Below are positions 10,734 to 21,062 of a stretch of 64,000 nucleotides of DNA, piece by piece. Origin of the DNA: an uncultured bacterium (GTDB lineage Bacteria; Oederibacteriota; PGYV01; CAWJRG01); assembly GCA_963845185.1 (NCBI GenBank), contig CAWJRG010000009.1:576001-640000 (forward strand), in the 5' to 3' direction. Below the pieces are notes generated by a model, which saw only the letters and a list, made by a program, of their open reading frames with translations, ran no database searches and was not told where the DNA came from. Made by a program: the position numbers and the translations under genes. The first letter of the stretch is position 1, and each line of letters begins with the position of its first letter.

Positions 10734-11168
10734 TTGAATCAGATGAACAGTTACATGGCAAAAACAGAGGAAATAAAAAGAAAATGGTATGTAATAGACG
10801 CCAGCGATAAAATACTCGGAAGGCTGGCGAGCAGAGTAGCAAGCATTTTAAGAGGTAAACACAAACCTATTTTTACGCCCCATGTGGACACGGGTGATTT
10901 TGTTATAGTAATCAACGCGGCTAAGGTGAAACTTTCCGGGAAGAAAGAATCGTTAAAGACCTATATTTCACACAGCGGTTATCCGGGCGGCTTGAAAATG
11001 GAAAAATTCGAGCATTTAAAACAGAGATATCCGGAAAAAATAATAGAGCTTGCCGTAAAAGGCATGCTTCCCAAAGGCAAGCTGGGGAAGAAAATATATC
11101 AAAAACTTAAAATATATAAAGGCGCTACGCATCCTCACAAGACGCAAAAGCCTGAAGTTCTAAATTAA
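10734..11168 (+). CDS. rplM: 50S ribosomal protein L13
   Basis: WYVIDA...LGRLAS...[15 protein letters not shown]; start TTG 10734 or ATG 10743. Confidence 0.98.
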   Translation: MNQMNSYMAKTEEIKRKWYVIDASDKILGRLASRVASILRGKHKPIFTPHVDTGDFVIVINAAKVKLSGKKESLKTYISHSGYPGGLKMEKFEHLKQRYPEKIIELAVKGMLPKGKLGKKIYQKLKIYKGATHPHKTQKPEVLN

Positions 11169-11181
11169 GGAGGAAATAAAA

Positions 11182-11571
11182 TTGAGCTCAGTATTAACTG
11201 CAACAGGAAGAAGAAAGACATCAATCGCTAAAGTATGGCTTAAAAGCGGCGACGGCAAGATTACCGTAAACAAGAAAGACGTGAAGGTTTTTTTTAACAG
11301 GGATACACATATAGCGCATATTATGGAGCCTCTGGAGGCGACATCAACCGTTGGAAAATATGACATAAATTGCACGGCGATGGGAGGAGGGCAGACAGGC
11401 CAGTCAGGCGCTATAATGATGGCCATAGCAAGGGCGCTTTCCAAATCAGACGAAAGCATGAAAGTAATTCTCGCAAAGGGAGGGTTTTTAACAAGGGATT
11501 CCAGGATGGTTGAAAGAAAGAAATACGGCAGGATGAAAGCAAGAAGGAGATACCAGTTCTCAAAAAGATAA
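11182..11571 (+). CDS. rpsI: 30S ribosomal protein S9
   Basis: TGRRKTS...ERKKYG...QFSKR. Confidence 0.98.
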   Translation: MSSVLTATGRRKTSIAKVWLKSGDGKITVNKKDVKVFFNRDTHIAHIMEPLEATSTVGKYDINCTAMGGGQTGQSGAIMMAIARALSKSDESMKVILAKGGFLTRDSRMVERKKYGRMKARRRYQFSKR

Positions 11572-11604
11572 TTGCGGATTCTTCTTCACGAAAAAATATA
11601 ATAC

Positions 11605-11635
11605 AAAGGCGGCCTTCATGGCCGCCTTTTGTTTT
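11605..11635 (+). terminator. intrinsic terminator after rpsI
   Basis: AAAGGCGGCC-TTCAT-GGCCGCCTTTT followed by GTTTT. Confidence 0.85.
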
Positions 11636-11646
11636 AGAGGTGCAGG

Positions 11647-11820
11647 ATGCTTAACACAAGAAATTTAAGGCACGGCAAGAAGCCTTTTATGGCTGCCAGG
11701 TTTAAGGATGCGGCGAAATTCGGCAAAGGCGCAGTGCCGAAAGGATACGCAAGCACAAAAAAGCAAAAACAATTTAATCAACCAACACAAAAATCCGATA
11801 GTTCCGCAAATCAAAAATAA
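11647..11820 (+). CDS. small basic hypothetical protein (57 aa, below ORF-track cutoff)
   Basis: GAGGTG RBS, ATG 11647, MLNTRNLRHGKKPFMAARFK...NQK*. Confidence 0.45.
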   Translation: MLNTRNLRHGKKPFMAARFKDAAKFGKGAVPKGYASTKKQKQFNQPTQKSDSSANQK

Positions 11821-11848
11821 TACTTAATTTCATGGTGGGTTTTATTGA

Positions 11849-11877
11849 TTGACAGAGCCATAAACAGGGGGTATAAT
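11849..11877 (+). promoter_or_regulatory. sigma70 promoter
   Basis: TTGACA-17bp-TATAAT perfect consensus. Confidence 0.85.
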
Positions 11878-11915
11878 TTTATACGGTAATTGATTCTAAT
11901 TTCAGGAGGGCAAGT

Positions 11916-13046
11916 ATGAAAAAACTTTTCATATCAGTTTGTTTTACTTGGTTTTTATTTATGTTATTCACTATGGGGTGCAGCAAGAAAAGTCCAACTC
12001 AAGCAGAACCTACTAACACGCCATATGTAATCACAGCAACATTCACAAACACACCAAATATGACAGCAACCACACAGACTGCAGCAACGCAAACAGTTAT
12101 TGCCTTAAAAACAGCTGGCCCTTCAGCACAAGCTACAGCAACAGCCCAGGTACAACAAACAGCAACCATGACTGCGATGTTTGTAACACAATGGGGTAGC
12201 GTTGGAAGCAACAACGGACAACTTTATCATCCTTTTGGAGTAGCAGTAGACAACAGTGGTGGAAGTAGTAACGGAGATGTATATGTTGCAGATAATGGTA
12301 ATAACAGAATTCAAAAATTCAGCAATACAGGTGCATTTATAGCCTCATGGGGAATTGTTGGTGGGCAGGCGGGAAGTGGTGATGGGCAGCTTAATTGGCC
12401 TCAGGGAGTAGCTGTAGATAGTGGTGGAAATGTGTATGTTTCAGAAGTAGGTAATGATCGAATACAAGAATTTAATAGCGCAGGAACATATATAACTAAA
12501 TGGGGTAGTAGCGGAAGCGGCAACGGGCAGTTTAATTATCCCGTTGGAGTTGCGATAGACAATATTAGTGGAGATGTATATATTGCCGATACTGGGAATA
12601 GCAGGATCCAAAAATTCAACAGTACAGGAACATATATAACACAATGGGGTGGTTCTGGAACAGGCAATGGACAATTTAAGGGTTTCGGAGTGGCAGTTGA
12701 CAGCAACGAAGATGTTTATGTCGCAGATACAAGTAATAACAGAATTCAAAAATTTGATAGTACGGGAACATATATAACACAATGGGGTGGTTCTGGAACT
12801 GGTAACGGGCAGTTTAACCAACCCACAGGGGTAGCAATAGACAGCAACGGAAACGTGTATGTTGCAGACTCTGTTAATAGCAGAATACAAGAATTTAACA
12901 GTACAGGTACATATATAACACAATGGGGTAGTAGTGGAACCGGTAATGGGCAATTTGTTAGTCCTTATGGAGTAGCAGTAGACAGTAGTGGAGATGTTTA
13001 TGTTGCTGAATGGACTAATAACAAAATTGATAAATTTCATCCATAA
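11916..13046 (+). CDS. NHL-repeat (6-bladed beta-propeller) lipoprotein
   Basis: Lipoprotein-like signal ending MGC, Thr-rich linker, six P.GVAVD...VYVAD..N.RIQ.F repeats. Confidence 0.92.
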   Translation: MKKLFISVCFTWFLFMLFTMGCSKKSPTQAEPTNTPYVITATFTNTPNMTATTQTAATQTVIALKTAGPSAQATATAQVQQTATMTAMFVTQWGSVGSNNGQLYHPFGVAVDNSGGSSNGDVYVADNGNNRIQKFSNTGAFIASWGIVGGQAGSGDGQLNWPQGVAVDSGGNVYVSEVGNDRIQEFNSAGTYITKWGSSGSGNGQFNYPVGVAIDNISGDVYIADTGNSRIQKFNSTGTYITQWGGSGTGNGQFKGFGVAVDSNEDVYVADTSNNRIQKFDSTGTYITQWGGSGTGNGQFNQPTGVAIDSNGNVYVADSVNSRIQEFNSTGTYITQWGSSGTGNGQFVSPYGVAVDSSGDVYVAEWTNNKIDKFHP

Positions 13047-13075
13047 GGTTTTTAGGTTTAAGTAGTAAAATCTGA

Positions 13076-13172
13076 TACCGCTTGTCCGGTTTGAAACCGG
13101 ACTTGAGCGGGTACATGATTTCGTAATACTTTGCTTGCACCTGTTGACGGCTTGTCAAAGTAAACGAAATCA
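13076..13172 (+). ncRNA. structured leader RNA motif, copy 1
   Basis: Two hairpins shared, with covariation, with 15716-15813 and 39520-39621; abuts GGAGG RBS. Confidence 0.75.
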
Positions 13173-13185
13173 AGGGAGGCGGTCA

Positions 13186-14158
13186 ATGAAAAAAGTTTTA
13201 ATTCCAGTGTTAATTCTCATCGTAATTTTAATTTCAATTACTTGCTCAAAAAAATCCTCACCTACTTCCCCTGCGGCAACAGCGATTCCAACAATTAACT
13301 ATTTGGCGCTTGTGTCGGTTCCTGGCGGGACATTTACCCAAACTGACGGCACAAATATGTTCAGTAATACAATTTCCACTTTCAGTATTGGAAAGTATCA
13401 AGTCACATATGAATTGTGGTACACAGTATATCAATGGGCTATTGCTAACGGTTATACCTTCCAAAACTCAGGTACCGAAGGCAGCGTAGGAACAGCCGGC
13501 GCAGCACCAACCACTTTAAATCAACCAGTAACTACTATAAATTGGCGGGATGCCATAGTGTGGTGTAATGCTTACAGCATGAAAACCGGATTAACGCCTT
13601 TGTATTATCAAGATTCAGGTTTCACTACATTGATCAAAGATTCTACAAACGGAGCATATGGCAGCAGTATAAATACAACAGCAGGAAGTTTTGATAACCC
13701 ATATGTGGATTGGAACGCAAACGGATATAGGTTACCAACAGAAGGAGAATATCAATACACGGCAAGTTATATAGACGGAACGAACTGGACGCCGTATAAC
13801 TATGCCAGCGGCGCAACAGACGCCTATACCGACACCACGGCAACCGCGCTTGTAGCGTGGTATAGCGGGAATTGCAGCAATACGCAGGCTATAGGCACAT
13901 TAGCCGCGAATAAGCTTGATATCTATGGATGATATGTCAGGTAATGTTTGGGAATGGTGCTTTGATTGGTATGGAGCATATCCAACAACTTCAGAAGTAA
14001 ATTATACAGGACCTACAAGCGGATCTGCTCGTATGAATAGGGGCGGTGGTTTTGTTGATGCCGCAGTAAACTTACAAGTGGGCTACCGCCACACTAGTTT
14101 TATGCCAGGACCGTATCAAGCGTTAGTCAACTACGGCTTTCGCATTGCACAGCATTAA
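13186..14158 (+). pseudogene. FGE-sulfatase (SUMF1) domain lipoprotein, frameshifted
   Basis: PVTTINWRDAIVWCN, YRLPTEGE; the LDIY-DMSGNVWEWC motif is split across frames at ~13927; GFRIA C-terminus. Confidence 0.85.
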
Positions 14159-14193
14159 TAATAAATATAATTAGTTTAAAAGGAGGATTCAAT

Positions 14194-14643
14194 ATGAGTA
14201 AATTAATCAAGAAATGCGAACATCCGATATTCAAATTTGAATTATATGATGATTGTATTATTTATAAAAGGACGAACTCGGCGGGTAATAAATTTATTGG
14301 AGCATTAACTGGATATGAAATGTTAAAATCTGATATAAATCAAACCATATTTTTAAAAGATATTACGGATATTGAAATAAAGAAAACTACTTGGTTGGAA
14401 CCTGGTTATTTTAGAATAAAAGCAGGCGGTGTCACACAAGTTGAAATTGTTTATATAAAGGATTTTTGTGAGAAGCTGCAAGAAGATATTAATAAAATAA
14501 AAAATGATTATAGTCAACGTACCAATATTGCATCGGGTAAAAGCGATTTAAATGATTTAGAAAAATTGGCCGAATTAAAATCAAAAGGGATTATAACTGA
14601 AGAGGAATTTCAAGCGAAGAAAAAACAAATACTTGGTTTATAA
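14194..14643 (+). CDS. SHOCT-domain protein (PH-like N-terminus)
   Basis: C-terminal LEKLAELKSKGIITEEEFQAKKKQIL. Confidence 0.85.
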   Translation: MSKLIKKCEHPIFKFELYDDCIIYKRTNSAGNKFIGALTGYEMLKSDINQTIFLKDITDIEIKKTTWLEPGYFRIKAGGVTQVEIVYIKDFCEKLQEDINKIKNDYSQRTNIASGKSDLNDLEKLAELKSKGIITEEEFQAKKKQILGL

Positions 14644-14701
14644 ATAATAATTGCTGTTTTAATCTTATCTCAAAATGATGAATGCGGAGAGGAAAAAATA
14701 A

Positions 14702-15280
14702 GTGGAAACAGAAAAAGTTTGGTATGCTGCGTATGGTTCGAATATATTTTATGATAGATTTTTATATTATATTAAAGGTGGGAAATTTGAAAAAGAGAAT
14801 GGAACATCTAAGTATTATCCCAAGTGCGAGGGCGATTCCGAGCCATCTGATAAAATTTTTAAAAGGGTAAATGGGTTTTCACTTATATTTGGAAACGAAT
14901 CAGGGACATGGATAGAAAAGAATGAAAGAAAACCAGGCGTGGCATTTATTGATGAAAAGAATGATTGTTCAACATTTGTTTATATGAAGTATTATTTGAT
15001 TTCAAGATTGCAGTTTGAACATTGTTGGGAACAAGAAGTAAAAAGCCCGGAATGGTATGGAAAAAAAATCCCTCTTACAAAGAGGGGTGACATCCCTGTT
15101 TATACTTTTTCTTATGAAATAAGACCTGAAATCAATAAACCTTCTGATAGATATTTAACAACGATAATAAAAGGGCTAAAATCAGAGGGACTTGAAGATG
15201 AAAATATAATAGAATATATGATTGGGGCGCAAGGCGTCGGCCGTTCAAAAGAACAATTGATAAAATTACTTGCTATATAG
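14702..15280 (+). CDS. gamma-glutamylcyclotransferase-like fold protein
   Basis: VWYAAYGSN start and PSDRYLTTIIKGL C-terminal motif; GTG start. Confidence 0.6.
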   Translation: METEKVWYAAYGSNIFYDRFLYYIKGGKFEKENGTSKYYPKCEGDSEPSDKIFKRVNGFSLIFGNESGTWIEKNERKPGVAFIDEKNDCSTFVYMKYYLISRLQFEHCWEQEVKSPEWYGKKIPLTKRGDIPVYTFSYEIRPEINKPSDRYLTTIIKGLKSEGLEDENIIEYMIGAQGVGRSKEQLIKLLAI

Positions 15281-15327
15281 TTTTGCCGGAAGGAACGAAA
15301 AGATGTGTAAATAATTTTAAATTTTAT

Positions 15328-15356
15328 TTGACATTAACCAATATTTTTGTTATACA
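15328..15356 (+). promoter_or_regulatory. putative promoter of the ilv leader
   Basis: TTGACA-17bp-TATACA with extended TG. Confidence 0.6.
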
Positions 15357-15387
15357 TATATCAACTCAAAACAGGAGGCTGTTGAAA

Positions 15388-15522
15388 ATGAAAGCAGGAA
15401 GAAGCAAGAAAAATTTCAAAAATTCTCCTGCTATAATTCTGCCCTCCGCTTTGAATCCGAAGACACTAACACTCGTAGTAGTACTCTTATTGGTCGTTCT
15501 GCGACTTACAGTCGTCCTGTAA
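15388..15522 (+). CDS. Leu/Val-rich leader peptide of the ilv-leu operon (44 aa)
   Basis: AGGAGG RBS at 15373; last 19 codons encode TLTLVVVLLLVVLRLTVVL. Confidence 0.7.
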   Translation: MKAGRSKKNFKNSPAIILPSALNPKTLTLVVVLLLVVLRLTVVL

Positions 15523-15635
15523 TATCGGGCGAAAGTAAGCGCAGGATAAGGCTAAAACCCCGAAAAAACCCCTTATTTTACGCTTACGCCCGAATAAACA
15601 GGATTGTTTTATAGGGCAAAAAAGCCTTGTTTTTT
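15508..15635 (+). promoter_or_regulatory. putative attenuator: long hairpin plus weak terminator
   Basis: TCCTGT/ACAGGA, TCGGGC/GCCCGA, GTAAGCG/CGCTTAC, ATAAGG/CCTTAT stems; AGGGC-A6-GCCTT then T-run. Confidence 0.6.
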
Positions 15636-15715
15636 AGCTGTTTCGTATGGTAATATATAACGCTTTTCAATAAATATTGGATTGCGGGTATATAAAAGAT
15701 ATTGAGATATAAGAA

Positions 15716-15813
15716 GCACCACTTGTCCTCGGCTTTACAGCCTCGGACTGGAACGGGTGCAAGCAAGAGTAATATTTTGCTGCGCCCTGTTAGCTTGCAA
15801 AATAAACTCTTGC
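15716..15813 (+). ncRNA. structured leader RNA motif, copy 2 (before ilvD)
   Basis: GCACC/GGTGC, GCAAGAGT/ACTCTTGC and TATTTTGC/GCAAAATA stems; CTGTT in loop. Confidence 0.75.
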
Positions 15814-15827
15814 ATAGGAGGCTTATT

Positions 15828-17507
15828 ATGAGAAGCGATAAAATGAAAAAAGGAATAGAAAGGACGCCGCATAGGGCGCTTTTTAAAGCAATTGGATACA
15901 CTGAAGAGGAATTGAAAAGGCCTATTATCGGAGTTGTCAACTCATTTAATGAAGTAATACCCGGACATATACATTTGAATACCATATGCCAAGCAGTAAA
16001 AGACGGCATTAGGATGGCAGGCGGTACTCCTATGGAGTTTCCGACAATAGGAATTTGCGACGGAATTGCCATGGGGCTTGAAGGCATGAAATATTCCCTT
16101 GTCAGCAGGGAACATATAGCAGACAGTGTTGAGATAATGGCCAGTGCTTATCTTTTTGACGGGCTTGTGTTTATACCGAACTGCGACAAGATAATTCCGG
16201 GTATGTTAATGGCAGCGGCGCGATTGAATATACCGGCAATATTTGTGTCCGGCGGGCCCATGCTCAAAGGCAGATTCAAGGATAAAGTTTACGATCTGAT
16301 TTCCGGCGGTTATGAATCAGTCGGCGAGTTTATGGCAGGCAAGATAGACGAAGAGACATTGAAAATCAGGGAGGATATCATGTGCCCGACCTGCGGCTCG
16401 TGCTCGGGCATGTACACGGCAAACACGATGAACTGCATGACCGAAGCAATAGGCATGGGGTTGCCTGGGAACGGCACGATACCGGCTGTGTATTCGGCAA
16501 GAATCAGGCTCGCCAAAGAAACAGGCATGAAAATAATGGAGCTGTTGGAAAAGGACATTAAACCGCGGGACATAATGACGGAAAAGGCGTTTAACAACAC
16601 TTTTACTGTTGATATGGCCCTTGGCGGGTCTACCAACACGGTTCTGCATCTTCCGGCCATTGCCAATGAGTGCGGAATAAAATTCGACCTGGCAAAGATT
16701 AACGCGATATCGGAAAAAACACCGACACTTTGTAAACTGTCGCCTTCAAAACTTCCGTCAGGCGGCCAGCACCACATAGAGGACCTTTGCGCGGCAGGCG
16801 GCGTGCAGGCAGTCATGAAAGAACTTTCGAAGAAAAAACTTATAAATCTCGACCTGATTACCGCGACAGGCAGAAAAGTAAAGGATAATTTAAAAACCAC
16901 GCAGAACATGGATGCGAATGTAATCAGGACGCCTGAAAACGCATATTCGCAGCAGGGCGGCCTTGCAATACTTTTTGGAAACCTGGCACCTGAAGGAGCT
17001 GTAGTCAAACAGTCGGGCGTGGCGCCTGAAATGATGAAGCAGGAATGCAAAGCAAGGGTTTTTGATTCTGAAGACGACGCACAAAAAGCAATATTCGGAA
17101 AAAAAATAAAGCCGGGCGACTGCGTTGTCATAAGGTACGAAGGCCCAAAAGGAGGGCCGGGCATGAGGGAAATGCTCGGGCCAACTTCGGCAATAGAGGG
17201 CATGGGGCTTGATACGCAGGTATCTCTTATAACAGACGGCAGGTTTTCCGGCGGCACAAGAGGAGCGGCGATAGGCCACATATCCCCAGAAGCAATGGAA
17301 GGCGGGCCCATAGGTTTGATAAACGAAGGTGATATTATATCAATAGACATAGCGGCGAAAAAAATAGAACTCAAAGTAAGCGACGAGGAACTGGAAAAAC
17401 GGAAAAAAGAATGGAAACAGCCGCCTTATAAAATAACAGAGGGCGTGTTATATAGATATGCGCAGATGGTGACATCTGCAAGCACAGGTGCGGTTTTTAA
17501 GAAATAA
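15828..17507 (+). CDS. ilvD: dihydroxy-acid dehydratase
   Basis: [35 protein letters not shown]; start at ATG 15828 after AGGAGG. Confidence 0.98.
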   Translation: MRSDKMKKGIERTPHRALFKAIGYTEEELKRPIIGVVNSFNEVIPGHIHLNTICQAVKDGIRMAGGTPMEFPTIGICDGIAMGLEGMKYSLVSREHIADSVEIMASAYLFDGLVFIPNCDKIIPGMLMAAARLNIPAIFVSGGPMLKGRFKDKVYDLISGGYESVGEFMAGKIDEETLKIREDIMCPTCGSCSGMYTANTMNCMTEAIGMGLPGNGTIPAVYSARIRLAKETGMKIMELLEKDIKPRDIMTEKAFNNTFTVDMALGGSTNTVLHLPAIANECGIKFDLAKINAISEKTPTLCKLSPSKLPSGGQHHIEDLCAAGGVQAVMKELSKKKLINLDLITATGRKVKDNLKTTQNMDANVIRTPENAYSQQGGLAILFGNLAPEGAVVKQSGVAPEMMKQECKARVFDSEDDAQKAIFGKKIKPGDCVVIRYEGPKGGPGMREMLGPTSAIEGMGLDTQVSLITDGRFSGGTRGAAIGHISPEAMEGGPIGLINEGDIISIDIAAKKIELKVSDEELEKRKKEWKQPPYKITEGVLYRYAQMVTSASTGAVFKK

Positions 17508-17519
17508 GCGGTTGTTTTT

Positions 17520-17684
17520 ATGAACGGCGCGAAGATACTTATTAATTCTCTGCTGTGCGAAGGAGTGGATACGATATTTGGTTATCCAGGCGCAGCTATT
17601 ATAAACTTGCTTGATGAATTGTATAAAATCGAACCCAGAGCCCGGGATTCAAATGGCATGGGCCGAAAAAAAAGGAGTGAAGAT
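17520..17684 (+). pseudogene. N-terminal remnant of a second ilvB, in frame with ilvB
   Basis: [24 protein letters not shown] duplicates [24 protein letters not shown]. Confidence 0.7.
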
Positions 17685-19358
17685 ATGAAAGGCTCCAAAA
17701 TACTTCTTGAAAGCTTAAAGAAAGAAGGCGTGGACACGATATTCGGCTATCCTGGCGGAGTTGTGCTGCCTTTATTTGACGAGATATATTCCGAAAAAGA
17801 AATAAACCTTTATCTTGTGCGGCATGAGCAGGGAGCTGCACACATGGCTGACGGATATGCACGCTCGTCCGGCAAGGTTGGTGTATGTCTCGCTACATCA
17901 GGCCCTGGTGCGACAAACCTTGTTACCGGCATTGCGACAGCATATATGGATTCCATTCCTATAGTTGCCTTGACGGGTCAGGTTGCCACAAACCTCATTG
18001 GAAATGACGCTTTTCAGGAAGCTGACATTACAGGCATTACACGGCCAATTGTAAAGCATAATTACATTGTAAAAGATGTGCAGCATCTCGCGCAGACTGT
18101 GAAGAATGCTTTTTATATAGCTAGGACAGGCAGGCCCGGGCCTGTTGTCATTGACTTGCCAAAGGACGTGTTTACTACAGAGGCGGATTTTGTTTATCCT
18201 GAAAGGCCAAACCTTCGCGGCTATAAGCCGACTTATGAAGGCAATAAAATGGCCATAAAAAAGGCTGTAGAAATGATTGACAAATCCGAGAAGCCGCTTT
18301 TATATGTGGGCGGTGGCGTGGAGCTTTCAAACGCTTCTTCTGAACTTATGGAATTTGTTGAAAAGACAGGCATACCGTTTACGACAACTTTGATGGCAAT
18401 GGATGTCGCTCCGTACGATCATCCGCTGAACATGAATATGCTCGGTATGCACGGTACAAAATACGCGAATTACGCCGTGCAGCAGGCTGACCTTTTGATA
18501 GCGGTAGGCGCGCGTTTTGACGACAGAGTTACAGGGAAGGTGGAGGAATTCGCATCTCACGCAAAAATAATTCATATAGACATAGACCCGTCATCCGTCA
18601 GCAAGATTATAAGGGTTGACGTGCCTGTCGTTGGCGACGCTAAATATGTTTTAAAGGAAATGACCACTATGGTGAAAAAAATAGACAGAAAAAAATGGGA
18701 CGAACAGGTGCAGCAGTGGAAGAAGGAATTCCCGCTTGTGTACAAACAAAACGGCGACATCATAAAACCGCAGTATGTCATTGAGAAGATTTCCGAGATT
18801 ACAGGCGGAGACTGTATAATAACAACCGAAGTGGGTCAGAACCAGATGTGGACCGCTCAGTTTTTTAAATTCAAAAGGCCAAGGACTTTTTTAACGTCAG
18901 GAGGCCTTGGCACTATGGGCTACGGGTTCCCGGCAGCTCTGGGCGCGCAGGCCGCAAACCCGGGAAAACTGGTAATAGACATTGCGGGCGACGGCTCCAT
19001 ACAGATGAATATACAGGAAATGGCAACAGCCGTTAAATATAACCTTCCTGTGAAAATAGCGATATTAAACAACGGGTACCTTGGAATGGTAAGGCAGTGG
19101 CAGGAGCTTTTTTACGGCAAGAGATATTCGCACACGCATATAGAGCACAGCGTTGATTTTGTTAAACTAGCCGAAGCCTACGGTGCGAAAGGCATACGCG
19201 TTGACAAAAAAGACGCGGTTGAAAGCTCGTTAAAGGAAGCGTTCAACCATAAAGGCCCGGTCATGATTGATTTTGTGGTGGAACAGGAAGAAAACGTTTA
19301 TCCCATGGTGCCGACAGGCGCTGCTTTACATTCAATGCTGGACGGCGGATTGGCATAA
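17685..19358 (+). CDS. ilvB: acetolactate synthase large subunit
   Basis: [31 protein letters not shown] before ATG 17685. Confidence 0.97.
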   Translation: MKGSKILLESLKKEGVDTIFGYPGGVVLPLFDEIYSEKEINLYLVRHEQGAAHMADGYARSSGKVGVCLATSGPGATNLVTGIATAYMDSIPIVALTGQVATNLIGNDAFQEADITGITRPIVKHNYIVKDVQHLAQTVKNAFYIARTGRPGPVVIDLPKDVFTTEADFVYPERPNLRGYKPTYEGNKMAIKKAVEMIDKSEKPLLYVGGGVELSNASSELMEFVEKTGIPFTTTLMAMDVAPYDHPLNMNMLGMHGTKYANYAVQQADLLIAVGARFDDRVTGKVEEFASHAKIIHIDIDPSSVSKIIRVDVPVVGDAKYVLKEMTTMVKKIDRKKWDEQVQQWKKEFPLVYKQNGDIIKPQYVIEKISEITGGDCIITTEVGQNQMWTAQFFKFKRPRTFLTSGGLGTMGYGFPAALGAQAANPGKLVIDIAGDGSIQMNIQEMATAVKYNLPVKIAILNNGYLGMVRQWQELFYGKRYSHTHIEHSVDFVKLAEAYGAKGIRVDKKDAVESSLKEAFNHKGPVMIDFVVEQEENVYPMVPTGAALHSMLDGGLA

Positions 19359-19410
19359 AATTTTGCAGGCAAAATTTTCGGAAGGTTGATAACCGAAAAA
19401 GGAGAAAAAT

Positions 19411-19908
19411 ATGGAACTAAAGAAAACGATTTCAATTCTAGTGGAGAACCAGCCCGGTGTGCTTGCCAGGATAGCAAGCCTTTTCTCAGGCAGGGCTTTT
19501 AATATAGACAGCCTTGCGGTCGGAGAAACCGAGGACCCGACTACTTCCAGGATGACTATAGTGGCGAAAGGCGATGAGCAGGTTTTGGAACAGATAATGA
19601 AACAGCTTAACAAGCTTATAGACGTAATCAAGGTTGTTGACATGACTGCGGAAACCCATGTTGAGAGAGAGCTTGCGATAGTAAAAATAAACGCAGGCAA
19701 AAAAAAGGCAGACCTCTTGAACATATTCAAGCTTTTCAAGGCAAAGGTACTGGATGTAGCAAAAGATGCGTATATTGTGGAGGTTACAGGCTCTGACGAA
19801 AAGATTAATTCATTCCTGGAATCAGTGGAGGAATTCGGAGTGAAGGAAATGGTAAGGACAGGCACAATAGCGATGACAAGGACAAAGAAGGCGAAAGCAA
19901 ATAAATAA
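19411..19908 (+). CDS. ilvN: acetolactate synthase small subunit
   Basis: VENQPGVLARIASLFSGRAFNIDSL ACT domain. Confidence 0.97.
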   Translation: MELKKTISILVENQPGVLARIASLFSGRAFNIDSLAVGETEDPTTSRMTIVAKGDEQVLEQIMKQLNKLIDVIKVVDMTAETHVERELAIVKINAGKKKADLLNIFKLFKAKVLDVAKDAYIVEVTGSDEKINSFLESVEEFGVKEMVRTGTIAMTRTKKAKANK

Positions 19909-21027
<1,119 letters not shown>

Positions 21028-21062
21028 AAGCCTGCTAAATAAATAAAACAGAAGGTGATGTC

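Noticed and set aside
12180..13040. Regular ~140-bp repeats (also 59380-61360) as a CRISPR array
   Set aside because: They are in-frame NHL/PQQ protein repeats with no unique spacers and no cas genes
13186..14158. FGE/C-type-lectin-fold gene as a diversity-generating retroelement target
   Set aside because: No template repeat or reverse transcriptase seen in the window
15360..15830. T-box or ppGpp (ykkC) riboswitch before ilvD
   Set aside because: No T-box GGTGGNACCGCG or ykkC-type consensus recognised; leader peptide fits better
16310..17374. Long antisense ORFs over ilv/leu, IS and NHL genes
   Set aside because: Shadow ORFs of well-supported sense genes with no recognisable motifs
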